Shown here one piece after another: positions 8,934 through 17,878 of a stretch of 54,940 bases of DNA (its first letter is position 1; each line of letters begins with the position of its first letter). The position numbers and the translations under genes are program-made. The stretch is from a virus. Taxonomy: Duplodnaviria > Caudoviricetes. Below the pieces are notes generated by a model that ran no database searches, was not told the origin of the DNA, and was given only the letters and a program-made list of their open reading frames with translations. Location of the stretch: positions 1 to 54,940 of the IMG/VR virus record IMGVR_UViG_3300049846_002234. One strand, written 5' to 3'.

Positions 8934-8945
8934 GCGGAGCGGCGC

Positions 8946-11072
8946 ATGCCTTCGTACTCTCCTGCAGGGTTCCACGACTTCCCGGTGATGTCGGATGACG
9001 CGCTCAACGGGCGGGATCCGCGCTACAACTCCCGTCTGATGGGGTGGTTGGACGAGGCGATCGCCGAGGGCGACGGCTTCATTCAGCAGGATCCGAACTA
9101 CAACCGCATGGCCGAGGGGATGGCGTACGTCTCCGGCGACCACAAGCTAGGGTTGCAGGGGATCGCGCCGGGCACGCTCGGCGACATCGAGAAGTTCTCA
9201 CTCAATCTCTGCCGGCGGGCGGCACAAGCCCACGTCTCAGCGCTCACCGATCTCAAGCCGACCTTCGGGTGGCGCTCGCTGAACCCCAAGTACGCGCCCA
9301 CCGCCGATCTCCTCAACAAGCTGACGATCGCGTGGTACCTGAACAACATGGCGGATGTCGCCTTCGCCGACGTGATGAAGATCGCCTGGGCGTGTGGCAC
9401 GGCCGACATGATGATCGAGTGGGATCACCAGAAGCAGGATCACCTGGTGATCGCCAAGGATCCCCGGGACACCCTGCCGATCCGGCCCTCGCGCTACGGT
9501 GGGGTCCAAGCCTGGCAGGGGGTGATCTTCCGCGAGGTGCATTCGGTGAACGTGCTGCGGGACATGTACCCGCACCACGCAGGGTACATCGTCCCCACGG
9601 CTGACGGGCTGCTCGCCTCGATCAAGGGGCTCTTCCAGCGCATCGCACCCCCCATGCAGTCTCCCGGTGGGGACACCCTCTCAGGGCTCTCGGGCATGCC
9701 GCGTGGCGCCGGCCCGGTGCGTTCGGGGGATGTCCTCTACTACCGCTGCTATCTCACCGATCGCAGCCGCAACCTCAAGAGCACCCCGGTGGTCGTGGGC
9801 GACCCGACCAAGCCGTGGGCGTACACGGTAGAGCCGGGCGATCTCCTGTACCCCAACAAGCGTCTCATCATCCGCACCGACCGCGCGGTGCTCTACGACG
9901 GCGGGGCGCCGTACCTCCACGGGCTCTACCCATTCGTGCGCTTCATGCCCTGGCGCCTGCCCTGGTTCTTCTTCGGGCAGTCGGCACTCGCCGATCTCAT
10001 CCCGGTGAACGATGCGATCAACCGTCTCGGGCGTGGGGTGCTCCTGGGGCTCGAGCAGTGGCTCAACCGTTCGACCGTGATCGACACCAACGCCGTCGGG
10101 GAAACGGCGGCCCGGGTGTACAACGCACGCCGGCCGGGACAGAACATCAAGCTGCGCGGGCAGGTGATCGATGTCGAGAAGGCGTTCCGGCCGATCGACG
10201 GGCCACAACCACAGGTGCTGGCGCTGGCAGGCACGACCCTCACCGAGCTCACCGCCCGGTTTGAGTCACTCGCTGGCACCGGCAACCTCGAAGCCCTGCA
10301 GCAGCTTAAGCAGCTCCCCGCCGAGGGCACGATCGAGAAGTTCTACCAGGCGATGACGCCTGAGCTGCGTCTGGAAGGGCGCATGTTTGAAGCGTTCCTC
10401 CGCGACGCCAGCCAGCAGATCCTGCACAACAGCCTGCAATTCCAGACCTCCGCCAAGCGCATCCACATGCTGGGGGATGCCGGGGCGACCCTGGAGGACT
10501 TCGATCTCGAGCCTGGCACGCTCCTTCCGGCGATGTCGGCGACGGTCACCGACCCGATGACGGGGATGCCGGCGCCCAACCCCGACTACGACCCCGCCTT
10601 CGACAGCACCATCCCCCGGGACGTGCGCGCGAAGGCAATGGCGAAGCTGATGGCGTTCGTCGTGGCGCCCAACTCGGTCCTGGCCTTCAACGCCCAGGAA
10701 GAGAAGATGATGGACTTCCAGCTCGCCCGCATGGGGTACCTGGACATCTGGACGCTCATGGAACGGCTGGAACGGCCCAACATGGGGGCGCCGCCGCCGA
10801 TCCCGCTGCCGCCGCTCAAGCCGCCGACGACGCCAGAGGAGCTGCAGGAAGGGCTGATGTCCGGGCGCTTCGTCCCCAACCCGACCCAGCCGGGGACGGT
10901 GCTCGAGATGCGGTCGCCGCTCACCATCACCGAACGGCTGATGGCCCAGCAGATGCTGGGGATCGGCATGACGCAGAACCCGGCCGGCCGCAAGGCGACG
11001 GGCGGGGATTCGCCCAAGGTCGAGGAGAAGGACGGCGGGAGCCGGACCACCGTCACAGAAAGCGAGAAGTAG
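8946..11072 (+). CDS. Portal protein (podovirus/P22-like)
   Basis: 708 aa between TerL and scaffold/capsid; YPFVRF..W...WFFFGQS...DLIPVNDAINR pattern typical of portals. Confidence 0.85.
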   Translation: MPSYSPAGFHDFPVMSDDALNGRDPRYNSRLMGWLDEAIAEGDGFIQQDPNYNRMAEGMAYVSGDHKLGLQGIAPGTLGDIEKFSLNLCRRAAQAHVSALTDLKPTFGWRSLNPKYAPTADLLNKLTIAWYLNNMADVAFADVMKIAWACGTADMMIEWDHQKQDHLVIAKDPRDTLPIRPSRYGGVQAWQGVIFREVHSVNVLRDMYPHHAGYIVPTADGLLASIKGLFQRIAPPMQSPGGDTLSGLSGMPRGAGPVRSGDVLYYRCYLTDRSRNLKSTPVVVGDPTKPWAYTVEPGDLLYPNKRLIIRTDRAVLYDGGAPYLHGLYPFVRFMPWRLPWFFFGQSALADLIPVNDAINRLGRGVLLGLEQWLNRSTVIDTNAVGETAARVYNARRPGQNIKLRGQVIDVEKAFRPIDGPQPQVLALAGTTLTELTARFESLAGTGNLEALQQLKQLPAEGTIEKFYQAMTPELRLEGRMFEAFLRDASQQILHNSLQFQTSAKRIHMLGDAGATLEDFDLEPGTLLPAMSATVTDPMTGMPAPNPDYDPAFDSTIPRDVRAKAMAKLMAFVVAPNSVLAFNAQEEKMMDFQLARMGYLDIWTLMERLERPNMGAPPPIPLPPLKPPTTPEELQEGLMSGRFVPNPTQPGTVLEMRSPLTITERLMAQQMLGIGMTQNPAGRKATGGDSPKVEEKDGGSRTTVTESEK

Positions 11073-11075
11073 CTG

Positions 11076-11312
11076 ATGGCCAAGCGTCCTATGCCCAAGA
11101 CGCCCGCCCCTTCTGCCCCGCCCAAGCTGTCGCGGGCGGCCGAAGAGGTGCTGCGCGACAACAACACCGCCGTGGAGCGGTCGTACGGCAGCAACAGCGT
11201 GGTCGGCTATCCCCTCAAGGTGGACTACGCGAAGGCGCTGCGCGACCCCCGGACGATGCGCCCGCCCAAGCAGGGGGACATCGAGCTCCCCAAGGAACGG
11301 CGGAAGAAGTAG
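11076..11312 (+). CDS. Hypothetical basic protein
   Basis: ORF directly after portal. Confidence 0.6.
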   Translation: MAKRPMPKTPAPSAPPKLSRAAEEVLRDNNTAVERSYGSNSVVGYPLKVDYAKALRDPRTMRPPKQGDIELPKERRKK

Positions 11313-11316
11313 CGCC

Positions 11317-11520
11317 ATGCCGCTTCCAACCGCCGACGCCCAGCTCCAGCAAGCGCTGCTGCACATCGGGGAAGGACGGGATCTCTCGTCCCTCTTCGAG
11401 GGGCTACATGCGACGCGCCACACAGGGCCGGTCACGCTCGTCCTGCACCTCAAGAACGGCGTCCCCAAGGCGGTTGACGTGGGTACCTTCCAGCGGATCC
11501 GCTTGACACCCTCCACGTAA
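11317..11520 (+). CDS. Small helix+beta-hairpin protein, DUF2292/YezD-like
   Basis: TGPVTLVLHLKNGVPKAVDVGTFQRIRL resembles the G-x-V-x-L-x-x-x-x-G pattern of that family. Confidence 0.5.
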   Translation: MPLPTADAQLQQALLHIGEGRDLSSLFEGLHATRHTGPVTLVLHLKNGVPKAVDVGTFQRIRLTPST

Positions 11521-11620
11521 TCAGGCAGGCTGATCCGCAATCAAGGCTTTCGCGGGGCGCGCACCAGCGCCACCCCGCATGCGGCCGGCAGGGGTTACAC
11601 CATCCCCTTGCCGGCCCTTT
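11503..11620 (+). promoter_or_regulatory. TTGACA -35 plus structured leader of the head operon
   Basis: TTGACA 11503-11508; hairpins gcgggg/ccccgc (11552-11578) and 12-bp stem 11583-11616 followed by CTTT. Confidence 0.5.
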
Positions 11621-11639
11621 GTGCGTACAGGACCGGATC

Positions 11640-12011
11640 ATGGCTGCACCCGCGAATCTCACCGACTACGCCGGCCGCAGTGGTCCCTCGTCCATCCTCG
11701 ATGGCCCGCCGCCGCACCCCCAGCTCCAGTCGCCGATCAGCGGTGCGCTGGGCGGCCCGATGGGCCCGCCGACGGCCCGGCAGCTTCCGACCGAACAGAT
11801 CCTCGCCCTGATGCAGAGCGGCTCTTCGATCGGGGACATGCTCGACACCATGGCGCAGATGGCACCCGACATCGCGCCCGATTTCGCGGCGTGCAAGGAG
11901 CTTCTCCAGCGCGCCCTCGCCAAGCTGATGACAGCAGGAGGCGGCCTGACGCCCCCCGGTCCCGTGTTGGGGCCAGTCCCTGGGGTCACCCCAGGGGCGC
12001 GGATGGGGTGA
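11640..12011 (+). CDS. Pro/Gly-rich hypothetical head-module protein
   Basis: ATG 11640 after AGGA; helical core with low-complexity ends. Confidence 0.65.
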   Translation: MAAPANLTDYAGRSGPSSILDGPPPHPQLQSPISGALGGPMGPPTARQLPTEQILALMQSGSSIGDMLDTMAQMAPDIAPDFAACKELLQRALAKLMTAGGGLTPPGPVLGPVPGVTPGARMG

Positions 12012-12057
12012 GCAGAGCCTTCGGCGCTGATCGATCAGGGAAAGCACAACACGCACC

Positions 12058-12822
12058 ATGGCCAATCCACAGGTTCAGGCCCAGGGCAAGGAATTTGTCG
12101 CTGGTGTCCTGCAGCACCTCCCGGATGCGCTTCGCGCGCAGATGGAGACCTTCCTCGCCACGCCAGACGCCACCGCCTTCGTCACTGAAGTCGGCAACGG
12201 CGCTCTTCGGCAGGCGGACTACTCCCGGCGCATGAACGAGGTGCAGGATTCGCACCGCGCGCTCAAGAAGTGGCATGGTGAGCTCACCGATTGGGTGGCG
12301 ACCATGCAGGCGGGGGATGCCGCGCCTCTGGCTCCTGCGACGGGGACCGCAGCGGCCGCGCCCACCGTGACCGCCGGCGTGTCGCCCGACGACGTGCGGC
12401 AGACGATCAACCAGGAACTCGGCCGCCGCGAGGTGTACTTCGCGGCCTTCACGGCGGAGGCCGTGCGGCTGGCCCAGGACCACATGCGGATGTTCGGGGA
12501 GACCCTCGACATCAACACGCTCCTGCAGCACCCCCGCCTCGGCGAGCTGCGCCTGGATGGCGCCTACGCTGAGGTGTTCAAGGACAAGTTGGCGGCGCAC
12601 AAGGCGGCGGCCGATGCCAAGGCGCGTGAAGCGCTGGAGGCGGAGATCCGTGGCAAGGTGCTCGCAGAAATTCGACAGCAGCCGGCTTCCGGCGGCCTGC
12701 CGTACGTCCTCGGCGAAAGTTCGACGCTCGACGGTCTCACCCCCACAGGAGAGACTGCCAAGCCGTTCGATCCGAACGCTGCGCTGGCGATGTACGAAGG
12801 GCTGGTCGGCGCCAAGGCTTAG
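12058..12822 (+). CDS. Capsid scaffolding protein
   Basis: Helical, LRQADYSRRMNE motif common in scaffolds; directly upstream of MCP. Confidence 0.75.
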   Translation: MANPQVQAQGKEFVAGVLQHLPDALRAQMETFLATPDATAFVTEVGNGALRQADYSRRMNEVQDSHRALKKWHGELTDWVATMQAGDAAPLAPATGTAAAAPTVTAGVSPDDVRQTINQELGRREVYFAAFTAEAVRLAQDHMRMFGETLDINTLLQHPRLGELRLDGAYAEVFKDKLAAHKAAADAKAREALEAEIRGKVLAEIRQQPASGGLPYVLGESSTLDGLTPTGETAKPFDPNAALAMYEGLVGAKA

Positions 12823-12863
12823 AAGCGCCAGGGCGATCCCCTCGGTGCGTGTGAGAGGACACC

Positions 12864-13922
12864 ATGCCGTTTTCCCCGCAGCTCGATGAACTGAACACCG
12901 TCACCCAGAAGATGATCATGCCGGGGACGGCGGACAACTACTTCCGCTCCGGCCCGCTGATGTCGAAGCTGAAGACCCGCTTCAACCGGCGCTGGAACGG
13001 CCCGCAGATCCAGGAGAACTTCCTGTACGACGCCCCGAAGGGCGCCGCCTACGCGCGAGGCGGCAACTTCGGGCCGCAGACCCGCAAGCAGACCAAGACG
13101 GGCCTGCTCTTCAACGCCCGCTACTACCAGATCTCGGTGGTGGAATACCTCGAGGACATCGAGGTGGAGCTGGCCGGCCCGCAGGCGGTGTTCTCGACGG
13201 TGCGCCAGGATCTGCGCGAGGCGGCGCTCGCTATGTCGGCGATGCTCGAGATCGCGGCCTTCCGGCACGGTCAGAACGTCGGCAGCGACAATCGCTCGCT
13301 CGAGATCAACGGTCTCGAAGAGGCGATGACCGACGGCAGCAACCAGACGTGGAGCGGCAACACGTTCCCGAGCTACGGCGGCCAGACCCGCACGGGTGTG
13401 GGCAGCGCCCTCAACAGCCCGACGGGCTTCATCTCCAACCCGTCGAACGCGACGATGAGCTACCGGCTCCTCACGCACACCTACAACTCGTGCGTGCTGG
13501 GCAGCCAGTACCCCGACACCGGCATCACGACGAACCGCTGCATGGCGTTCATGAGCGAGACGTTCCTGCCGCACCAGCTCGTGGACACCAAGGATCCCGA
13601 GATCGCCTTCCCCGGCCTGAAGTTCCAGAACGCGACGATCATGCAGTCGCAGTACTGCCCCGGGCAGGACGGCGTGAACGACGACAACATCGGCAACTAC
13701 AACGCGGCGGGTGAGACGTTCTGGTGGCTGAACTTCGGTCCCCAGGGCGACGACGCGCACATCCGGCTGTGGATCGCGCAGTCGCCCAAGTTCGCCTTCG
13801 GCTTCACCGGCTTCAAGGGCGCGCAGGACAACAACACGCTGGTGGGGCAGACGCTCTTCGCCGGCACCATCACCAACCGCATGCCGCGTCTGCACCGGAC
13901 GATCTACGGCATCACCGGCTAA
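12864..13922 (+). CDS. Major capsid protein (HK97 fold)
   Basis: 352 aa; ADNYFRSGPL, INGLEE, GLKFQNA, TNRMPRLH patterns; strong codon bias; position after scaffold. Confidence 0.88.
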   Translation: MPFSPQLDELNTVTQKMIMPGTADNYFRSGPLMSKLKTRFNRRWNGPQIQENFLYDAPKGAAYARGGNFGPQTRKQTKTGLLFNARYYQISVVEYLEDIEVELAGPQAVFSTVRQDLREAALAMSAMLEIAAFRHGQNVGSDNRSLEINGLEEAMTDGSNQTWSGNTFPSYGGQTRTGVGSALNSPTGFISNPSNATMSYRLLTHTYNSCVLGSQYPDTGITTNRCMAFMSETFLPHQLVDTKDPEIAFPGLKFQNATIMQSQYCPGQDGVNDDNIGNYNAAGETFWWLNFGPQGDDAHIRLWIAQSPKFAFGFTGFKGAQDNNTLVGQTLFAGTITNRMPRLHRTIYGITG

Positions 13923-13932
13923 CCGGCCCGGA

Positions 13933-13962
13933 GGGGGTGGGAGCCTGACTTCTCCCACCTCC
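13933..13962 (+). terminator. Hairpin after MCP
   Basis: gggggtgggag / ctcccacctcc 11-bp stem; weak U tail. Confidence 0.5.
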
Positions 13963-14019
13963 CCCTTGCCATCATCAGGGGGTGTGGCGCGAGCCTGACC
14001 CCAGGCAGGAGACAGCATC

Positions 14020-14583
14020 ATGAGCAACGGACAGGGCCGCTACCAGAACCAGTACCTCCCCAACGGCGGCAACCCCGCCGACACCAACATCGCCATCGCC
14101 TCGTTCCGGTACGCAGGCGCGATCGGCACCTTCTTCTCCTACAAGCAGAAGGACGCCGATGGTGTGTACCGCCGCAAGGTGTACATGCTGGTCAAGACCA
14201 ACGCCACCCTCGCCACCGCGCCGGAAGATGGCGGCGTGGCCTGGTGGAGCGACCAGGACACCTTCGAGGTGACCACGCTGGCCACCAACCGTGGTCGCGT
14301 CGCCGGCGTGTTCGTCAACGTGGCGAGCGTCTCGAGCGTCTGCTTCATCCAGATCCTCGGGCGTCACCCGGGTGTGCGCTTCGTCGGGGCGCCGACGGCC
14401 GCGCCTTCGGCTGCCGGCCTCATCGTGGTGCCGTCGGCCACCGCTGGTCAGGCGGATGCCTTCCCGGCTGTGCCGGGCGCGGGCTTCCCGGTCTACCTGC
14501 CGGAGCTCGGGCTCACTGTCGGCACCGCCACCGGCAACTACGCGCCGGTCTACCTGACCATCGGCGCCAAGTGGATGGCGTAA
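14020..14583 (+). CDS. Capsid decoration/cement-like protein
   Basis: Directly after MCP; YMLVK, VAGVF, CFIQILG beta-tulip-like pattern; AGGAG RBS. Confidence 0.65.
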   Translation: MSNGQGRYQNQYLPNGGNPADTNIAIASFRYAGAIGTFFSYKQKDADGVYRRKVYMLVKTNATLATAPEDGGVAWWSDQDTFEVTTLATNRGRVAGVFVNVASVSSVCFIQILGRHPGVRFVGAPTAAPSAAGLIVVPSATAGQADAFPAVPGAGFPVYLPELGLTVGTATGNYAPVYLTIGAKWMA

Positions 14584-14639
14584 AGGGCTGCCTCCGACGG
14601 GTGCGTGGTGCGACGCACCCAGAGGAGCAGAGAGGGGCG

Positions 14640-14663
14640 CGGGGACAGGTTGCACTGTCCCCG
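14640..14663 (+). terminator. Intergenic hairpin
   Basis: cggggacag-gttgca-ctgtccccg perfect 9-bp stem with pairable purine/pyrimidine flanks. Confidence 0.5.
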
Positions 14664-14690
14664 CTCTTCCTCGCCCTGTGAGGAGACATC

Positions 14691-15005
14691 ATGACCATCG
14701 ACAAGACGGCTTCTGCCATCCCGTTCCACGACAAGTCCGCCGATCGCCTCCGCAAGACGTTCAAGTTCAGCGGCCCGTCGAGCTACGCGACGGGGGGCGA
14801 CGCGATCAATCCCGGCACGGAGCTGGGCATGTCCCAGATCCACTGCTGGCTGGGCAACATCGTGAGCAACGGCACGGTGGTGCTCGTCACCTTCTACGAC
14901 GCGGCCAACAAGAAGCTCAAGTACTTCGACATGGCCGGCGCCGAGATCTCCGCCGCAACCAACCTCTCGACCTACTCCGGCTACGCCGAAGTGATCGGGC
15001 GGTAG
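14691..15005 (+). CDS. Small virion structural protein
   Basis: SYATGG...YD...KLK...EI...TNLS pattern seen in minor head proteins; GAGGAG RBS. Confidence 0.65.
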   Translation: MTIDKTASAIPFHDKSADRLRKTFKFSGPSSYATGGDAINPGTELGMSQIHCWLGNIVSNGTVVLVTFYDAANKKLKYFDMAGAEISAATNLSTYSGYAEVIGR

Positions 15006-15022
15006 TTCGCTGAGGTCCGTCC

Positions 15023-15988
15023 ATGCCCACGCTCGGTGAGGTGATCGCGGAAGTGCAGCTCACAGCGGCTGCCGTTCCGTCGTTGCTCATCCGGTCGTGG
15101 GCAAAGGACGTGTACGCCCAGCTCTGCGCGGGCAGCCGTTGGGGCTGGCAGCGCAAGACGGCCACGGTGCGTGTGTCCGCGTCTCGATCCCTCGCGGCGG
15201 TGTCCCTCACCAGCGGGCAGGCGGCGATCACGAGCGCGGCGCTCTTCCTCGCGGCCGACGCCGGCCGGCAGCTCTGGCTAGGCATCGGCGAGCCGGTCGT
15301 GACCATCTTGAGCGTCACGGACGCCTCCAACGCGACTCTCACCGCCAACTACGACGGGACGAGCGGGGCGCGCAGTGCCGAGGTGTTCACGGCGTACTAC
15401 CAGCCGGGGAGTGACTTCCAGCAGTTCGTCGGCCTGACGGACCTGGGGAATCAGCGCCCGCTGCCCTTCTGGCTCACCCGCGAACAGGCGCGTCTCTGGG
15501 ATCCCAGCGGCGTCATCGCCGGGCAGGCCCGCGCGCTCATCGCCGAGGAGCATGTGGCGCCGTCTGTGGGGGTGCGCCCGCGCATCCGCTACAGTTGGTG
15601 GCCCCGGAACACGGTCGGTGGCACCTACGAAGTGCGGTATCTGGCCGGGCCGCAGGTGGCGACGCTCAACGAAGAGACGGAGATCCCAGGGGTACTCGCC
15701 GACCACCTCTACGTGCTCAAGGATGGGATACTGGCGCGGTGTGCCGCCTACCCTGGCACGCCGACGACGAAGAACCCGTACTTCAACCTGACCCTGGCGG
15801 AGCGCCTGGGGACGCAGTACGCCGTCGGACGGAAGGATCTCAGCATCGTTGACGACGATCAGGGACCGTCCCAGATCATCGACAGCATCGACTGGCGCTA
15901 CGTCGAGCGCGGCCTCAGCGGAGATCAGGCGTACCAGTTCTCGGACGCCTCTGCCGCCGGCGTCATGGGCAGTTCGTGGTACAACTAG
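15023..15988 (+). CDS. Head-tail adaptor-like protein with inserted beta domain
   Basis: MPTLGEVIAEV N-helix, W.W motif, WWP...YEVRY, IPG..DHL C-helices. Confidence 0.65.
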   Translation: MPTLGEVIAEVQLTAAAVPSLLIRSWAKDVYAQLCAGSRWGWQRKTATVRVSASRSLAAVSLTSGQAAITSAALFLAADAGRQLWLGIGEPVVTILSVTDASNATLTANYDGTSGARSAEVFTAYYQPGSDFQQFVGLTDLGNQRPLPFWLTREQARLWDPSGVIAGQARALIAEEHVAPSVGVRPRIRYSWWPRNTVGGTYEVRYLAGPQVATLNEETEIPGVLADHLYVLKDGILARCAAYPGTPTTKNPYFNLTLAERLGTQYAVGRKDLSIVDDDQGPSQIIDSIDWRYVERGLSGDQAYQFSDASAAGVMGSSWYN

Positions 15989-16002
15989 GCAGGAGCAGCG
16001 AC

Positions 16003-16227
16003 ATGGACAGCATCTTCCAGAACCCGATCGCCCCCACGCCCGACCCCAAGAGCGGGCACGAGGGCACGCGCGGCGGCTTCGATCTCCCCGACGGCCAGAA
16101 GGAAACGCCCGGCCTCGAGATCGGCACGCTGCCCACGCTCACCAGCGTGAAGGACGCGCCCGGCGCTAGCAGCACCGGGAGCGGCTTCGACGTGATCGCG
16201 CACCACAAGGCCGGCCTCGAGTTCTAG
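16003..16227 (+). CDS. Hypothetical protein
   Basis: ATG 16003 after AGGAG. Confidence 0.65.
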   Translation: MDSIFQNPIAPTPDPKSGHEGTRGGFDLPDGQKETPGLEIGTLPTLTSVKDAPGASSTGSGFDVIAHHKAGLEF

Positions 16228-16231
16228 CGCC

Positions 16232-16573
16232 ATGTGGGTCGACCCCGGCACCGCCGTCGAAAGCGCGATGAGCTCGGTCGCTACGGCCGGGCTCATCAGC
16301 TATGCCCTCGAGTGGGCGAAGAAGTCGGCGCTCCTGCCCTTCGTCACCGCCGACAAGAAAACGCTGTTGCGGTGGTTGAACGCCTTGACGGCGCTGGCCG
16401 CCGCGATCGGTCTCCACTGGACCTACAGTCCCGACGCGCGCCAGCTCGTCATCGACATCCCAACGGCGAGCGTGGCGCTCTCTGGCCTCTGGGCCTGGGG
16501 GCAGCAGTGGGCGCTGCAGCAGATGGCCTACGATGGCGTCGTGGCGCGCGGTACTGCGCCTCCGGTGTCCTGA
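16232..16573 (+). CDS. Multi-TM membrane protein (second holin-like candidate)
   Basis: Two to three hydrophobic helices, EWAKKS motif, QQMAYDG C-terminus. Confidence 0.6.
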   Translation: MWVDPGTAVESAMSSVATAGLISYALEWAKKSALLPFVTADKKTLLRWLNALTALAAAIGLHWTYSPDARQLVIDIPTASVALSGLWAWGQQWALQQMAYDGVVARGTAPPVS

Positions 16574-16833
16574 TGGCCTCCCGCTACTTCTGCCCTGAGT
16601 GCCGGCGCCAGTTCGTGGAGCCTGTCGCGCAGGGTGGGCTGGGCCCGGCCTTCGACGGGCATCACTGCCCGCTGTGTGGGGGGCAGTACCTCTCCCAGGT
16701 GGAGTTCGTCGCCCCCTTCCCCGGCGGCGACTACGACCCTGACGCTCTGTGGGAAGCCCGTCCTGGACTGCCTCCGCAGCACCCTCACGATCCCCTCCGT
16801 CTCCGGCTCTCCCCCCTCCTCGCCACGTCATGA
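16573..16833 (+). CDS. Zinc-ribbon protein
   Basis: YFCPECRRQF...CPLCGG; TGATG coupling. Confidence 0.65.
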   Translation: MASRYFCPECRRQFVEPVAQGGLGPAFDGHHCPLCGGQYLSQVEFVAPFPGGDYDPDALWEARPGLPPQHPHDPLRLRLSPLLATS

Positions 16834-17249
16834 AGCGCTCGATGGCCGCCGGCGCCGGGTACCTGGTCATTGACCATTCCAACAGCCCTGGGATCTCCGC
16901 CGCCGACGCCGCGCGGCTGGGCATCCTGGCCGCGCCCGGCGGGACGGTGCTCGAGCGTGACACGGTGACGTGCGCGCACTGCCACTGCGTGGTGGTGCTC
17001 AACCCCGAACGGGTCCGTGCCCGTGCCACCTGCTTGAAGTGTGCCAGCTACATCTGCGACGGGTGCGAGGCGATCCGCGTGGCCATGGGCGGGGCGTGTC
17101 TGCCCTTCGAGCGGGTGCTGGAACGGGCCCAGGAGCTCCTGGTGCGCTACGCCGGGCAGCCCGATCACCCCGCGCTTGCCGCGCTCGGGAGGCTCTCGCT
17201 GCTCGCCGTGCCCGATCCTGCTCGTATCGTCGTGCCACATTCTGTGTAG
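16830..17249 (+). CDS. Cys-rich zinc-finger protein
   Basis: CAHC...CLKC..ICDGC...CLPFE; ATGA overlap. Confidence 0.7.
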   Translation: MKRSMAAGAGYLVIDHSNSPGISAADAARLGILAAPGGTVLERDTVTCAHCHCVVVLNPERVRARATCLKCASYICDGCEAIRVAMGGACLPFERVLERAQELLVRYAGQPDHPALAALGRLSLLAVPDPARIVVPHSV

Positions 17250-17252
17250 AAT
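17247..17252 (+). promoter_or_regulatory. TAGAAT -10-like element (copy 2)
   Basis: GTAGAATC overlapping a stop codon, upstream of 17298. Confidence 0.45.
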
Positions 17253-17297
17253 CAGGGGCGTTGGTCGGCGCACCCCGGCCCTTCCGGGAGATCAACC

Positions 17298-17789
17298 ATG
17301 CAGCTCGCAGCCGCTTTCACGTCGTGGACCCCTGCAGCGGTCGCCGACACGACCAACTTCACCGACTCCGCGCACCACACGGTGCAGGGCGGTACCTCGA
17401 CGCAGCGCAGTGAGGTGCTGGCGGTCGAGATCGTCGGCCTCGCCGGCGCCAGCGCCCCCACGCCCCTGTGGATGGGGCGGCACTCCACCGTCGGCGGCAC
17501 GCTCACCGCAGGCCGACTGGCACCGCAGGACGGCTCGGCGGCGCTCATCGCCAACCCGCCGGTGTCCTACCAGGCGTCGACCACCAAGCCGCAGCGCAGC
17601 GCCACCCTGGGGTACATGATCAACCTGGGGCTCAATGCGTTCGGCGGGCTCCTGCGCTGGTACCGTGGCCCGGAGCAGCGCTTCTCGATGGTCGGCAACA
17701 CGGCCAGCCTCGGCGAGCTCGGCATCTCGTGCGTGACGGGTGGCACGCCGGGCGCCGTGCAGACCAACATCACGCTCGAGACACTCTAG
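17298..17789 (+). CDS. Small beta-sandwich virion-type protein
   Basis: Thr/Gly/Ala-rich beta pattern, GGAG RBS, in structural module. Confidence 0.65.
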   Translation: MQLAAAFTSWTPAAVADTTNFTDSAHHTVQGGTSTQRSEVLAVEIVGLAGASAPTPLWMGRHSTVGGTLTAGRLAPQDGSAALIANPPVSYQASTTKPQRSATLGYMINLGLNAFGGLLRWYRGPEQRFSMVGNTASLGELGISCVTGGTPGAVQTNITLETL

Positions 17790-17800
17790 AGCGGCCGGCA

Positions 17801-17840
17801 GCCGCCGGCGGCGCGTCTCCCCTACCTGCCGCCGGTCGGC
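17801..17840 (+). terminator. GC-rich intergenic hairpin
   Basis: ccggcggc (17805-17812) pairs with gccgccgg (17828-17835), extendable. Confidence 0.35.
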
Positions 17841-17878
17841 AGCCCGTGCGACGTGTGTACACCCACGGAGGAGAGATC

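Noticed and set aside
12026-12037. 12-bp palindrome CTGATCGATCAG before the scaffold gene
   Set aside because: Single copy and GATC is very common in this genome; insufficient support
17468-17878. N-terminal extensions in the ORF track for 17468, 19515, 24051, 6614, 45702 and 50004 starts
   Set aside because: They overlap upstream genes and lack RBS; downstream ATGs have clear SD sequences
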